Source: Callorhinchus milii
Taxonomy: Eukaryota
Direction: 5' to 3'
DNA length: 64,000 nt
Assembly (NCBI RefSeq): GCF_018977255.1
Contig: NW_024704743.1
Span: 65,722,001-65,786,000, forward strand
The notes below the pieces were generated by a model that did not search any database, was not told the DNA's origin, and was given only the letters and a program-made list of their open reading frames with translations. Every line of letters starts with the position of its first letter. The first letter of the stretch is position 1. Of the stretch, positions 24,691 to 37,095 are shown in pieces. The position numbers and the translations under genes are program-made.

Positions 24691-26353
24691 ACTAAGGAGC
24701 ATAAATTGATGGTGCGTATCAGCGTCTTTAATAATCAACCCCATTATGTGTAAACAATGTTCTTTCTGTTCGATGTAATGGCCCCGTGAAATATTCAATA
24801 TATTTTACATCTGTCATAGAAGAAAGATGGACTTTAAAATGTGCCAACTTGTGCTGGCCCGTAAGTGGAGAATGGATCTCTAAATATTGCCCTGTCATGT
24901 TGCCATTTCTACATTTCATCCCACCCGGTTTCATTACCAAAGGGGAGTAACTTTCAGCTCTAATTTAAAAGGAGCTGAATATAGGTAGCTGAAAATAGCT
25001 CTTCATAAACTACACCAATGATCCTGCCAAGAAATGTAGACCTTAATATATCACAGCTACTGAGACAGGAATAAGACTTTCCAACATGGAAATAAAAGGC
25101 CCAGATTAAAATCGCTGTTACCTTTTAACAGGAAACAAACGCAATGGAATTTGTGCAGCCCTTGTACTAATTAAATTGGTATAGGGACCTTTGTCCAGGT
25201 TGGTCTGGCTCTGAGTAATTAGGTGACTCCGGCCAGGCAGGAAGCAGGGAAGATTAGGCATCTGGACCGCAAATAAGCAGTATGAAAAGATCCATTTGTC
25301 AAAGTGGTAATTGCTGAAGTGATCTACTGGACAAATATATTGCCACTCGTTTTTGTGAGCAGGTTGAGGAGCAGTGTGACAGAAATTCAGATGGTTTCGA
25401 GTAGCAGATGCGCAATGTTTTTTTTAAAACATTGATCATCGCATCTCAATGCCTGTGCGGGAGTTTGCATGACAAAACTGTGGTATGCAGCTTAAAGCAC
25501 CACGGCTGGAAGCTAGCCAAACACAGAGCTCTCCCTTGAGTTGAACCTATTCACGTTTTGCACACAGAAGCCATTTACAGCCGCTAAACATGTACTTAGC
25601 TGCTGCAGCCGACTATATAAAGGCAGACTTGATAACTAAAATGAAATTTCTGGCATTCAAGCTTTTCAGGCATGATATACCCCTATTGAAAGACGTGTTC
25701 ATGTTGGGTGGCCTACACCTAGACTACATTTCAAAATTCCACAAAATCAAATCAGCAAATATCCATTTAATTCATTTCAGGCTTTAATTCACTTCAGGCT
25801 TTTCAAGCTCCTTTCATGGTAAAAAAATGATTTTTTTTTGCTGAAGGCAAAGTTTATTTTTACACCTGGAAGTGGAAAGCTGAATTTCAGGTATCACAAT
25901 ATTTGTCAGTAAGGAGAAGTGCCAAAACCAAACTGGAAATTCTAATGGGTCAGAATCAGGTCGATTCAGATTCATTCATGAAAATTCCAATTTGGACCAG
26001 TCTAGCTTTGAATATACTTGTTCATTTAAGATGAAAATGTATATATAAATGCAGAGAAACCATCTATGCACAACCCATTTACACCCACTAGAAAATGTCC
26101 TCCAGCATGAAGGCTGTTGTTTTTGCTGCAGACGGGGTAACTTGGGGGTAAAATATATGAGATCCCAAAATGCATTCTGTTCCTTATTTAGGAAATCTGT
26201 TTGTTTTGCTATGCAAGAATTGTCTGCTGTGTTTGCCTTCAAAAAACACACAGTCATTACACTTTATAGTAAAATCCTGTGAAGCGCATTGAGATGTCCT
26301 TCCAACGTAAAAAGGGCTATATTGAATGCAAGGATTATTATTATGTTTAGAAA

Positions 26354-26370
26354 CACCACTAGATGGCAGC
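26354..26370 (+). promoter_or_regulatory. Candidate CTCF site
   Basis: CACCACTAGATGGCAGC closely matches the vertebrate CTCF core CCASYAGRKGGCRS; motif match only. Confidence 0.5.
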
Positions 26371-26456
26371 CTTCACTGGGACAGTGGTTCACTGCACTTG
26401 ATGTCCAAAGTGTTATTATTTACAAAGCTATTATCCAAATCCTATCCTGAGCCTGC

Positions 26457-26597
26457 ATCAGCTCAGAGGATTTGGGCCTATCTTGCCGCTGACTAAATGT
26501 TGAATTATTGGTTTAGAAGAGGGAGGATTTCAGACCTCCTTGCCAAAAAATTAACTTGTAGACATTGGGCAGGTTAGACCAAAGCCTCTGAGCTGAT
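26457..26597. repeat. Foldback inverted repeat (141 bp)
   Basis: Perfect 13-bp outer arms ATCAGCTCAGAGG / CCTCTGAGCTGAT, continued imperfect pairing to central GGAGG-atttcaga-CCTCC. Confidence 0.8.
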
Positions 26598-27129
26598 TGC
26601 TACCACTTCATTTTTGGGCATTAAAGAGCAGAGATTTCAGCTCACCTTGTCAGATAAACCTTAGGGAAGCAAAGCTTGATTGTAGGGCCTAAAATATAAA
26701 AATAGGATTGCTTGTCTCAGGCTCAAAAATAGATGGCACACTCCAGGCCTGAGTGGGACAAAGCAATGCCTGTTGCCAGCTGCTCCTAAAAGTATTCGTC
26801 CAATAAGCAATGGAATGCGTTTAGGAATCCCATACATTTTGCCCACAAAACATATATTCAATTCACTTTACAGTATATTCTGTGAAGCGCTTTGAAACTT
26901 GTAGAAGACGTGATAAGGCACTATATCAAATGCAAGGATTATCATTATTATATACATCTTACTTCACAGGTAAGTCTATTTACATCATTTTGAAGGGAGC
27001 TTCTCCCAGTGTTACGGCTAACAATCTCACAAATAAATTTGGTTACTCACTCCAACGCAAATTAGCTGCCGCGTTCACCCACAAAATACGCACAGCCACA
27101 CCACTTTACAATGTATCCTGTGAAGCACT

Positions 27130-27710
27130 ATTTTTGTTTGGCTGGAAGTCTGGCACATGTGAAAACCCGTCACTATGGTTAAGAGTATCCAAACCAAACT
27201 GAGAATTCCATGCACCCACCTACACATGAAAATTCATTGGAATGCTCACTCTCTCTTTGGAGGGACTCATCCTGCTTAACTAATTCTAGTACAGTATTTA
27301 GGCACAGGTTGTCAGGAGCCAAAGCTTTGGGACCCCAGAGTGTGCGTTAGGGTTCTGCTGGAGTCTAACCAGCTAAATTCACAAACTTGCCATTGCGAGC
27401 ACTACCTAGCAAGCTTTCTCGCTGCTTGTCCAGCTTGGACCAGCCTATCCATTAGAGCTTTGGCTTGCAGGGTAAACAGGAGCTGAGTGGGAAGAGACCC
27501 TGAGCCAAGTGATTGATCTGCCCTTCCAATTCCTGCCGATCGGCCAAACTGGCTGGGCTGTCATCAGCAGAGTCCTGATGTACTATGGACTTGCCTGGCT
27601 CAGGAACTGGCCTAATGCGACTGCCACAGGGGGCTGACTTGATTCCAGCATTCCATTCCCAGTTGGCCAGTCTCCTTTGAGCCAGTTCAGCTCCAAGGAG
27701 CTCCCGCTTA
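27130..27710 (-). mobile_element. Unclassified repeat family X, full-length copy inserted in a Deu-SINE tail
   Basis: About 580 bp; host sequence duplicated on both sides (cctgtgaagcact 27117-27129 / cctgtaaagact 27711-27722); T-rich left end equals an A-rich 3' tail on the minus strand. Confidence 0.8.
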
Positions 27711-29136
27711 CCTGTAAAGACTTTGAGATGTCTCATCCCTTACCTGTAAGCGATGTGCTATATCAAATACAAGGACTATTACTACTAATTATTATTACTA
27801 TAATCCTGGCTGTTATTGAGGATTAAAGTTTATCGGTTCTTAGAGTATTTTGTGACTTGGATCAAGTGGATTGTTCTGTTGATCCAAAGTCACAAAACTA
27901 TCCCTAGTGTGGCAAAGGTATGTCTGACAGTATATCTAAAACTGTATGGTTCATAGGAAAGATTTTACTAACTATGATATGAATTATCTCAGCTTCACAC
28001 TTCTCTGGTAACACATTCAAAATCCATTATGAATAAAACTGTTAAAGCAAGCAAATATTTATCAATATACATTAATGTATTCATGTAATAAGAGGGCATT
28101 TATGATTCTTTTGTTTATCTGGCACCATGAAGCAAATTGTTTTATGTTTGCTTTTTAAAAGAAATTAGGCTAGCACCAATCAGACTGCCATGAATGTAAA
28201 GGATTGTGGCTGTTGATATCTCATCCAATTGTTGGTTCTTGGGGCTTTTCATCTTTCCATTAACACATTCAAAGGAGGACTCCATTTGTTTCCCACTTAC
28301 CAGGGAGCATCCACTGGTGCTAGGAGCATATTCTTTTCAGTGTTTTCTAATGCAGCTTTCAAATTAGCTTTACAGCTGTGGCAAACAGAAATATGAGCAT
28401 TATTGTGAGTTACATTATTAACATTAAAGGCAACTATGGTGCAGATGCATTAATATATAAATTTGCTGCTGGCAAAATTATAGGGTTGAAAGATGTCTGT
28501 GATATTGTTCCCTATTGAAGATGAAAATAATTAAATAGCTATATTCCTATACAAGTATAACCTCTCTCTCCTGAGGTAATAAGGTAATCTCACATGGTTA
28601 GATTCAGTCTGTCTCGGATCTAGGTTTGAGGTCAGGAAAGGGGGGGATTTGAAGCTCATGTATGTTATGTGTTTAAAGTTGTGAGTCATGAGCAGGATTA
28701 TATGTGCACCCAGTTGTCCATTTCTTTGGAAATTATCTCCAACCTGCCTCACTTTACTGTGCCAGTACTTGACTCCCGTGTGAATGTTGAATTTCCTGCG
28801 TGCCAACACCTGGGATGTCCTCTCGATGTGAAAAGAGCTACACAAATGTAATTTTGTTGTTGAAGGTAAGATTTGTTTCCCAAGTACGGATTAGAGTTCT
28901 TAAACTTTGGTACTCCTGTGGAATGGTCAGCAATCAATGCCTAAAGTTTCATGGTTACCAAATACAGGGTGACGAGAAAGTTGTGATAGCTAACCTATTA
29001 TCAATTATTTAAGTCTTATCAGACATTGTAATGGTATCACAACTTTCTGGTATTTGAAAGGTCAATAATCACAGATATTGTTCTTGGAGTCCTGAAGTCC
29101 TGTAGCTCAGTTGTGGAGGCTGTAGCTCAGTGGTTA

Positions 29137-30026
29137 CACCAACAACAACTTGGATTTATATAGCGCCCTCCACGCTGGACGGCGTCTCAGAGCGCTTCAC
29201 AGTAACGGATCCCGGGACCGAGCCAGGGAGAGGGGGAGGAAGGTGACCAAAGGCGCGGTCGAAAAGAAAGGTCTTCAGCAGAAACCTGAAAATAGGGAGG
29301 GAGCGAGACGAAGGGAGTGAGGAAGGCAGTTCCAGAGCCTCGGGGCATAGTGGTTGAAGGCACGGCCGCCGAGGGTGGAGTGGAGGACTCGGGAGACGAG
29401 GAAGAGGCCAGACCTGGAGGACCGAAGGCAACGGGTACTGTTTTGAGGAGAGAGGAGGTCAGAGAGGTAGTGGGGTGCAGAGGAGTGCAGAGACTTGAAT
29501 ACAAGGGTGAGGATCTTGAAATCAATCCTCTTTGGGATAGGCAGCCAGTGCAGTCTGGCAAGGACTGGGGGTGATTGGGGAGTTTCGTGCAGGTGAGAAT
29601 GCGGGCTGCAGAGGTTTGAATGATTTGGATTTTACGGATGGTAGTGGATGGGAGACCGGCGAGGAGGATGTTACAGTAGTTCAACCGAGAAGTGACAAAG
29701 GCATGGACCAGGGTTTCAGCAGCTGTCGGGAGAGGTATTGGCGGAGACGGGCGATGTATCGGAGGTGGTAGCATTCGGTGCTGGTGAGGGACCGGATGTA
29801 GGGGAGGAAGGATAATTGGGGTTTGAATCTGACGCCAAGGTTGCGTACGGGTTCGGAGAGTTTTATGGGGAGATCAGGTAGGTGGAGGAGGTGAGAGCCA
29901 TGAGATTTTAGATGTTGATGAGAGCCAAAGAGTATGGCTTCCGTCTTGTCAATGTTCAGCTGAAGGAAATTTGTGCTCATCCAGCCCCTGAGATCTGACA
30001 GGCAGTCTGACAGAACATCAGGGGAC
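29137..30026 (-). mobile_element. L2 LINE, 5'-truncated, relatively young
   Basis: ORFs 29187-29774 and 29681-30112 (WMSTNFLQLNIDKTE, AETLVHAFVTSRLNYCN); (aac)n tail; TGGTTA duplicated at both junctions. Confidence 0.92.
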
Positions 30027-30272
30027 TGGTTAGAGTACTCGCCTCGTAAGCGAGAGACCTGGGTTCGATTCCCGGCAGGGCAAAACATTGGGCAAGTTTC
30101 CTTACACCACATTTACCTAGCAGTAAGTAGGAACCCGGTTGTTAGTCGATTAGCAGATAGCTTTTCTGGGAGAAATACTTCCTTCAAAAAAAATAATAAA
30201 TTGGTCACTTCAATCCTTGACTGTTTGTGGGACACTGCTGTGCATAATTGGCTGTCGCATTTCACCCACAAA

Positions 30273-30775
30273 CAATAACAACAAGATTACATTTGTATAG
30301 CACCTTTCATGTTGGGAGAACATCCCAAGGCGCTGGACAGAATACAGCATTTCAGACCCGAGCTGGGGTTGAGGGGCATAAGGGAGAGGAGGGCCAATGG
30401 CATAGTCGAAGAGGAGGGTCTTGAGGCGGGACTTGAAGGAGGCTAAGGAGGGGGCGAGGTGGAGTCACTGGGGGATGGAATTCCAGAGATTGGGGGCAGA
30501 GTGGCTGAAGACTCTCCCGCCAATGGTGGGGCGGGTCGGAGGAAGTGGAGCATGCCAGAGCCGGCTGAGCGGAGGGAACGGGCGGGTTGGTAGGGGGTTA
30601 GGAGGTCATAGATGTAGGGTGGGGCGAGGCCCTGGAGGGCTTTGTATGTGAGGACCAGCATCTTGAACTGGATCCTCTGAAGGATAGGGAGCCAGTGGAG
30701 TTGGGCAAGAGTGGGGGAGATGGGGTCACGGAGTTTGGTGCGGGAGAGGACACGGGCTGCGGAGTTCTGGATTAT
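30273..30775 (-). mobile_element. L2 LINE 3' end
   Basis: ORF 30443-30787 IQNSAARVLSRTKLRDPISPTLAQLHWLP; L2 tail. Confidence 0.92.
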
Positions 30776-32369
30776 AAATATAGTCAATTCACTTTACAGT
30801 ATATTCTGTGAAGCACTTTGAGCCGTCTCGAAGACGTCATAAGGCACTATATCAAATGCAAGGATTAATATCATTATCATTATTATATAAGGGTTGCACA
30901 GAATTTGACTTTGGACATAGACCAGGAGTGACTTGCAGTGACAATTGCGTTATTCTTTTCAAACCTTATCTGCTCAAAGGTGGGCTTTATTGGGTTGGAG
31001 GTTTTGGTTTGTGAGAACAGTGGCTGCCACTCAGAGGCTGCTTGGTGTTGAACACCAGACACATTAAGAGCCTGAGTTTATCAATTAACAGACTCATACA
31101 AAGGTTAGACCTCTAGAATTTCAAGGTGGCTGAACGTCATAAGATGCCATGAGGTCTGCATTGGTAGGTGGAGCCCTAATTAGTGGGTGAAGCAATACAA
31201 TGGAGCAGTGTTCCTTAGGAGTCGAGGAGGCTCACTCAACTGCTTATCTTATTGGGATCAACCAGATGAGAAGACAGAATGCTTATGCCTACTTTGTAAG
31301 AAAGAGCCTCCCTTTTCCTTGTAAAATTTGTTCGCTGACAAAATGGAATAATTCTAACTTATTTATCAGATGGGTGCTACATGGTTAAAAGACAGCAACA
31401 AACTTTGCATATTCTAGATAGCTAATTACAGGATATAAACAGCTCTGCAGGGAATAAAAAGTCACAATGTAAGCATTTTACCATTAAACGGTATGTAATA
31501 TGTGTCACAATTTACCCTGGGGTTGTGCGTATGGTAGAAAGGTTTGAGACACTGAATGTGCACAGGAGCCCTGTCTGTTCTGATTGATTTGTTGCCCTTC
31601 TCCTTAATGGCAAGGTTGTAACAGGTTTTTGATTGATTACGTCTACAAGCAACGAGTTTTCTGTTAGACTGAAGACTTGCTCCTTGTGTGCTGGCTCAGG
31701 GAGCTGAGGAGGAGTGTATTCAAGAGACAAAGGGTGTGCTTGTGCAGGGATTTTCAATGATTAGGAATTTGCTTAGTCACATAAAAAACTTCACTGTACC
31801 TGTCTGGTGACTTTAACCCCTTCTTTACCCAACACTTGAACATAATGTCTAGAATCATGTTTGGAGAATGTTCTGACTTCACTTTTTAAATATTCCTTCT
31901 GACTTCATATGATTTAATTTGTGCTTTTTTATATAACAGTACAAGTTTTAAGCAAGCAAAATAAAGTGGTATTTTTCAATGAGCATTTCAGATGTTCATG
32001 CCTAAAATGTTATGGTCACAGATTAAAGTCCCCATTTATGACCCACTTTGTAATGAGCCTGTGTGTTTGTTCAGTACTGGGCTACTTGAGGAGCCATGCC
32101 ACTGATCTTTTTAGAAACTGACATACTCTGTATCTCATAATAATAATAATGCTTGCATTACATATAGTGCCTTATATCTCAAAGCTCTTCACAGTATATA
32201 CTGTAAAGTGAATTGATTGTATATTTTGTGGGCGAATGCAGCAGCCAACAGTCGTGGATTGAAGCAAGCAAAATTAAGTAATATTCTAGGATATGAGCTC
32301 ATCCTAGGAAATGAGCACTCTGCTGTCTACAACAACAACTTACATTTATATAATAACTCATGTAGCATA

Positions 32370-33743
32370 ATAAGAACATAAGAACATAAGAAATAGGAGC
32401 AGGAGTAGGCCATTTGGCCCCTCTAGCCTGCCCGCCATTCAATAAGATTATGGCTGATCTATTCTACCTCCACCTACCCGCCTTATCCACATATCCTTTA
32501 ATCCCTTTATCCACAAGAAATCTATCAATCTCACTCTTGAATATGTTCAAGGACTGAGCATTTACAGCCCTTTGGGGTAGAGAATTCCGTAAATTCACTA
32601 CCCTCTGAGTGAAGAAGGTTTTCATCAACTCAGTGAGAAAGGGCTTACCCGAATTTTAAGATTGTGACCCATGGTTATAGTCTTTCCAACCAAATGAAAA
32701 AGTCTCCCACTATCTATTCTGTTGTGCCCCTTAATAATCCTATAGGTTTCTATAAGATCACCTCTTATTCTTCTATATTCTAGAGAATATAGGCCTAAAT
32801 TGCTCAACCTAATCTCATACCTCATCCCTGGTACTAACCTAGTGAATCTACGTTGTACTCTCTCCAAGGCGAGTACATCCTTTCTTAAATAAGGAGACCA
32901 AAACTGCACACAATGCTCTTGGTGCGTTCTCACCAGGGCCCTGTACAATTGCAGCAATACTTCCCTACTCTTATATTCTAACCTTTTTGGAACAAATGCC
33001 AACATACCCTTAGCTTTCCTAATTGCTTGCTGTATCTGCAAACTAACTTTTAGTGACTGGTATACAAGATCACCCAAGTCCCTCTGAACGCTAACACGTC
33101 TCTCCCCTTCTAAAAAATAATCTGCTCTACTGTTTTTACCACCTAAGTGGATGACCTCACACTTCCCTACATTATACTTCATCTGCCACCTATTTGCCCA
33201 CTCACCTAGCCTATCTATATCTCCTTGCATTTTTTTAATGTCATCCTCAGTGTTTACTCTCCCTCCTAGTTTAGTGTCATCCACGAATTTGGATATAATA
33301 AGTTCGATGTCCTCATCTAGATCGTTGATGTAGATTGTAAGTAGTTGAAGCCCAAGCACTGATCCTTGTGGCACTCACTAGTCACATCCCGCCCATCTGA
33401 CAACGACCAGTTTATCCCTACTCTTTGTTTTCTTCCTGTTAGCCATTCTTCAATCCATGCTAATATATTCCCCTTAATTCCATGGGCCCTAATCTTGTGG
33501 ATCAATCTTTTATGTGGCACCTTATCGAATGACTTTTGGAAATCTAAATGCACTACATCCACTAATTCCACCCAATCTAATCTACTTGATATGTCCTCAA
33601 AAAAATCTAAAAGATTTGTTAAGCATGACTTTCCTTTTGTAAAGCCATGTTGACTGTGTCTAATCATATTGTGATCCTCTAAATATCCCACTACGATATT
33701 CTTAATTAAGGATTCTAGTGTTTTCCCTACCATCGATGTCAGA
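32370..33743 (-). mobile_element. CR1 LINE, 5'-truncated, RT domain with frameshift
   Basis: ORFs 33317-33778 and 32625-33374: SQHGFTKGKSCLTNLL, PQGSVLG, FVDDTKLGG, QFWSPYLRKD; (ttcttatg)n tail. Confidence 0.95.
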
Positions 33744-33750
33744 TGGAGCA

Positions 33751-33871
33751 TAGAAACATAAAAACAGGAGTAGGCCATTCACCCCTCAAGCCTGTTTGAT
33801 CATTCTACAGGATCATAACTGATCTGTACCTCAAGTCCAATTTCCCGTTCTTGTCTCATATCCATTAATAC
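33751..33871 (-). mobile_element. CR1 3' UTR fragment (inverted partner of 34245-34364)
   Basis: aacaggagtaggccattcacccctc CR1 terminal motif. Confidence 0.85.
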
Positions 33872-34157
33872 TGTCTAGGAGTGCTTCATAATGTCTAGGA
33901 ATGCTTCACATTGATGGGGTTGGTCACCGAGCAGGGTAGAGGGAGAGGGGAAAAGGAGAGATGACCATACATTGAGTTGAAGAGGTAGTTTTTTTGAGGT
34001 AGGAGCAAGCTGTTGTGTTTCCAGGCTACACACAGCAGCATGACTCCTGTCCATATTCTTTCAAAAATGGGAAAAAATAAGCATCAGATTGGATAATCAT
34101 GACAAATCAAATACAGCAATAACAATTTTACATATATATATATATATATAAGCACGT

Positions 34158-34364
34158 TTCTGGAACTCTCTCCCCAAAAGGCTGTGGATGCTGGATCCAT
34201 TCACATCTTCAAGACTGAGATGGATAGATATTTGTTAGGTCAGGGTATAAATGGATATGAGGCAAGAACGGTAAATTGGACTTGAGGTAAAGATCAGTTA
34301 TGATCTTGTAGAATGATCAAAAGGTTTGAGGGGTGAATGGCCTACTCCTGTTTTTATGTTTCTA
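34158..34364 (+). mobile_element. CR1 3' end
   Basis: tggaactctctccccaaaaggctgtggatgc (WNSLPKKAVDA-like) to gaatggcctactcctgtttttatgtttcta tail. Confidence 0.9.
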
Positions 34365-35857
34365 CGTCTCACATTCAGAGGACAGCTAAAAATTCTTGTC
34401 TTGTCAATATATTTTAAGAATTTTGTCAGTCATTATGCAATTTAACATTGTACAATCATAGAATGTTTGAAGCACATTGTGTCTGTGTTGGTGCTATTCC
34501 TCTCACCATTCCTCTGTTCTTCTAATACAGTATTTCTCAATTAATTTATCTAATTTCCTTCCAAAATTTATATGGTCTCAACTGCAACAATTATTAGCTA
34601 TTTTATTCCACCATACTATTCTGCATATATATTTAAACAAAATCATCTAATCTCTTCTTTTCTGATGGTGATAATCCTTAATTTATGTCCTCTTGTCACT
34701 GACTTAATAAAATAATAATAATCATCCTTGTATTTGATATTGCATCTTTCATGTCAAGAGGACATCTCAAAGCGCTTCACAGATTTACTGTAAAGCATAG
34801 TGACTGTATCTGTAGGCAACTTGTTGGCCAGTGGAAATATGATTTCTATAGCTTTTAATGTAAAATAGCAGTGGCACTGACTAAAAGCTTAGAATCCATG
34901 GCGTTTGATTCTCCTGACAACATCTGGTGATGGATGGAGCAGTTAATCTATTCACATTAAACCTTTGCATAGTAATGTACTTAGTATTGTCTTGGCTTTG
35001 TATCTCAATGACTATTTTATTCAATTATACAATACCAAAAACAGGATTGATTCACTGTTTAATCCATAAAATTCAGGCATTTGTGAACAAATTGTACGGA
35101 ATAGTCACTCACAGTTTTGAACAGAAGCTGACTCTTTTCATTTACGTGGTGGTGACAAGTCAAGGAAAGTAAGGGATAATAAATAATCCCAAGTCTGACC
35201 GTTAATATCCTTTAAACATTTCAGTTGCTTGCTGTCGAAGTAGAAGGTTTCACTCTCTTTCTAGCACTGGTAGTAAGTCAGACAAGGGAGAATAGAGTGA
35301 AACTGGTAAATTGGGGGACACCTAGTCGGAGAAGGTCTGGTACTGTGGTGGACACAAATAGAGACAGTGGGGCTGTGTGAGCTTGAGAAAGAAGAGAGAT
35401 GGGTTAGTACTGTGTAGTGCAATAATGACAGTATAACTCCTGGGAAGAATTTTTCTGGTTAGTACTGTACATTGGAACAATCAAGCTGGCAGGTGATGAA
35501 AGCGTGAATGAGGCAGTTATGAAGGTGTGGGTGACAACGTCTCATTCTCAGCATTACACTGAGCTTGAAGACTTCACAGTGAGTTTGAACCACATTACAC
35601 TGAGCTCAAAGAATTCACATTGGGTTAAAATGTCTGTCAGTGCTTCCCAAATCTCCCTAGTCTTTCCAAAATATCTGGAAACTTTGTCGGACTCATATCA
35701 AAGTTTTGGAGTTCATCAATGCATATTGATTTTACAGTATCTTACTAGTCTCCTACCTGGTGAAAAAAACACTCTGTGTTCTTTAGCGTCTTCCTTGCTA
35801 AGCCATATGCATGTAATATAATATTGTCTATATTACTCGCAGATTGATTATAAATCT

Positions 35858-37095
35858 ACAGCAACAACAACTTCCATTTATATAGCGCCCTTCACGCGGG
35901 GTAGCTTTCCGGGGCGCTTGACAATGACATGGTCTGACACCGAACCCGGGAGAGAGGAAGGAGGGAGGTGACCGTAAGCATGATCATAAATAAAAGTCTT
36001 TGGATGGGATTTTAAAGTGGGGAGGGAGGGCAAGGTGGAGGGATTGAGGGAGAGAGTTCCAGAATTTCAGGGTGTAGTGGCTGAAGGCACGGCCACCGAT
36101 GGTGAAGCGGCGATGGCAAGGGACAAACAGGAGGCCGGCGCCAGCTGAGCAGCGGCAGTGGGTGGTGGAGTAGGAGTAAGCAGATTATATAAGTAAATAG
36201 GTGCAAAGGCATGAAGGGATTTCGAAAATGAGTGAGAGGATCTTGAAATCAATCCGTTCGGGAATTGGGAGCCAGTGGAGCCTGACAAGGACTGATGGGA
36301 TGGGGATGTGGAGTTTTGTGTGGGTGAGTATCCGGGTTGCATTTTTCATTAATTGTGAAGAGTTGTGTGGAATGGACGGAGGCGGGCAATGTGATGGAAG
36401 TGGAAAAAAGTGGTCCTGGTCATGGAACGTAAGTGGTGCAGAAAGGAAAATAGGGAATTGAACCTGACGCCTAAGCTGCATATGGGTTCGGAGAGTCTGA
36501 GGGAGAGCCCGGGAAGGTTGAGGAGTTCAGAGCTGCAGGAGAGAAGATGTTGACAGGAGCCAAAGAAAACGGCTTCCATCTTGCTGACATTCAATTGCAG
36601 GAAATTTGTGCTCATCCAGGCCTTTATGTCCATCAAATAAGTTGACCGGACATCAGTGGACGACGGAGAGTCACACCTGGAGGAGGAGAAGTATATTTGG
36701 GTGTCATCCACATACATGTGGAAGTTAACCCCATGTCTGTGGATGACATCGCTGAGAGGGAACATGTAGATAAGGAAAAGAAGGGGGCCATGGGTGGAGC
36801 CTTGGGGTATGCCGCAGGAGACTGGGTGGGGGCAGGAGGTAAAAACATTTGCCGGATGTATTGTTTGCGGTTTGTTAAGTAGGACTCGAACCATGTGAGT
36901 GCAGTCCCACTGAGGTGGATGAGGGAGGAGAAGGCGGTGGAGGAGGAATTCATGTTGTGTTGAACGCGGCGGAGAGATCTAGGAGAATGAGGAAGCCCTG
37001 GTCACAGAGATAGAGGATGTCATTTGTTACTTTGATGAGCATTGTCTCTGTAATGTGGGCAGGGAGAAAACCGGACTGGAGGCATTCGAGTAGGG
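35858..37095 (-). mobile_element. L2 LINE with RT domain, 5'-truncated
   Basis: ORFs 36349-36894 (GIPQGSTHGPLLF, HMYVDDTQIY), 36950-37153 (LLDLSAAFNT), 36185-36481 (LHWLPIPERIDFKI); (aac)n tail. Confidence 0.95.

Larger units (their letters stand above)
29086..30888 (+). mobile_element. tRNA-SINE family B split in three by two L2 insertions
   Basis: Head 29086-29136, middle 30027-30272 (B-box gggttcgattccc), tail 30776-30888. Confidence 0.85.

Noticed and set aside
27490..27580. Hammerhead ribozyme in family X (CTGATGA core on the element strand)
   Set aside because: I could not find a properly placed GAAA core or consistent stems across copies; an Infernal search would settle it.
31494..31845. 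Second solo LTR
   Set aside because: It has a TGTAA start and LTR-like composition, but no matching terminal inverted repeat, canonical AATAAA or TSD.
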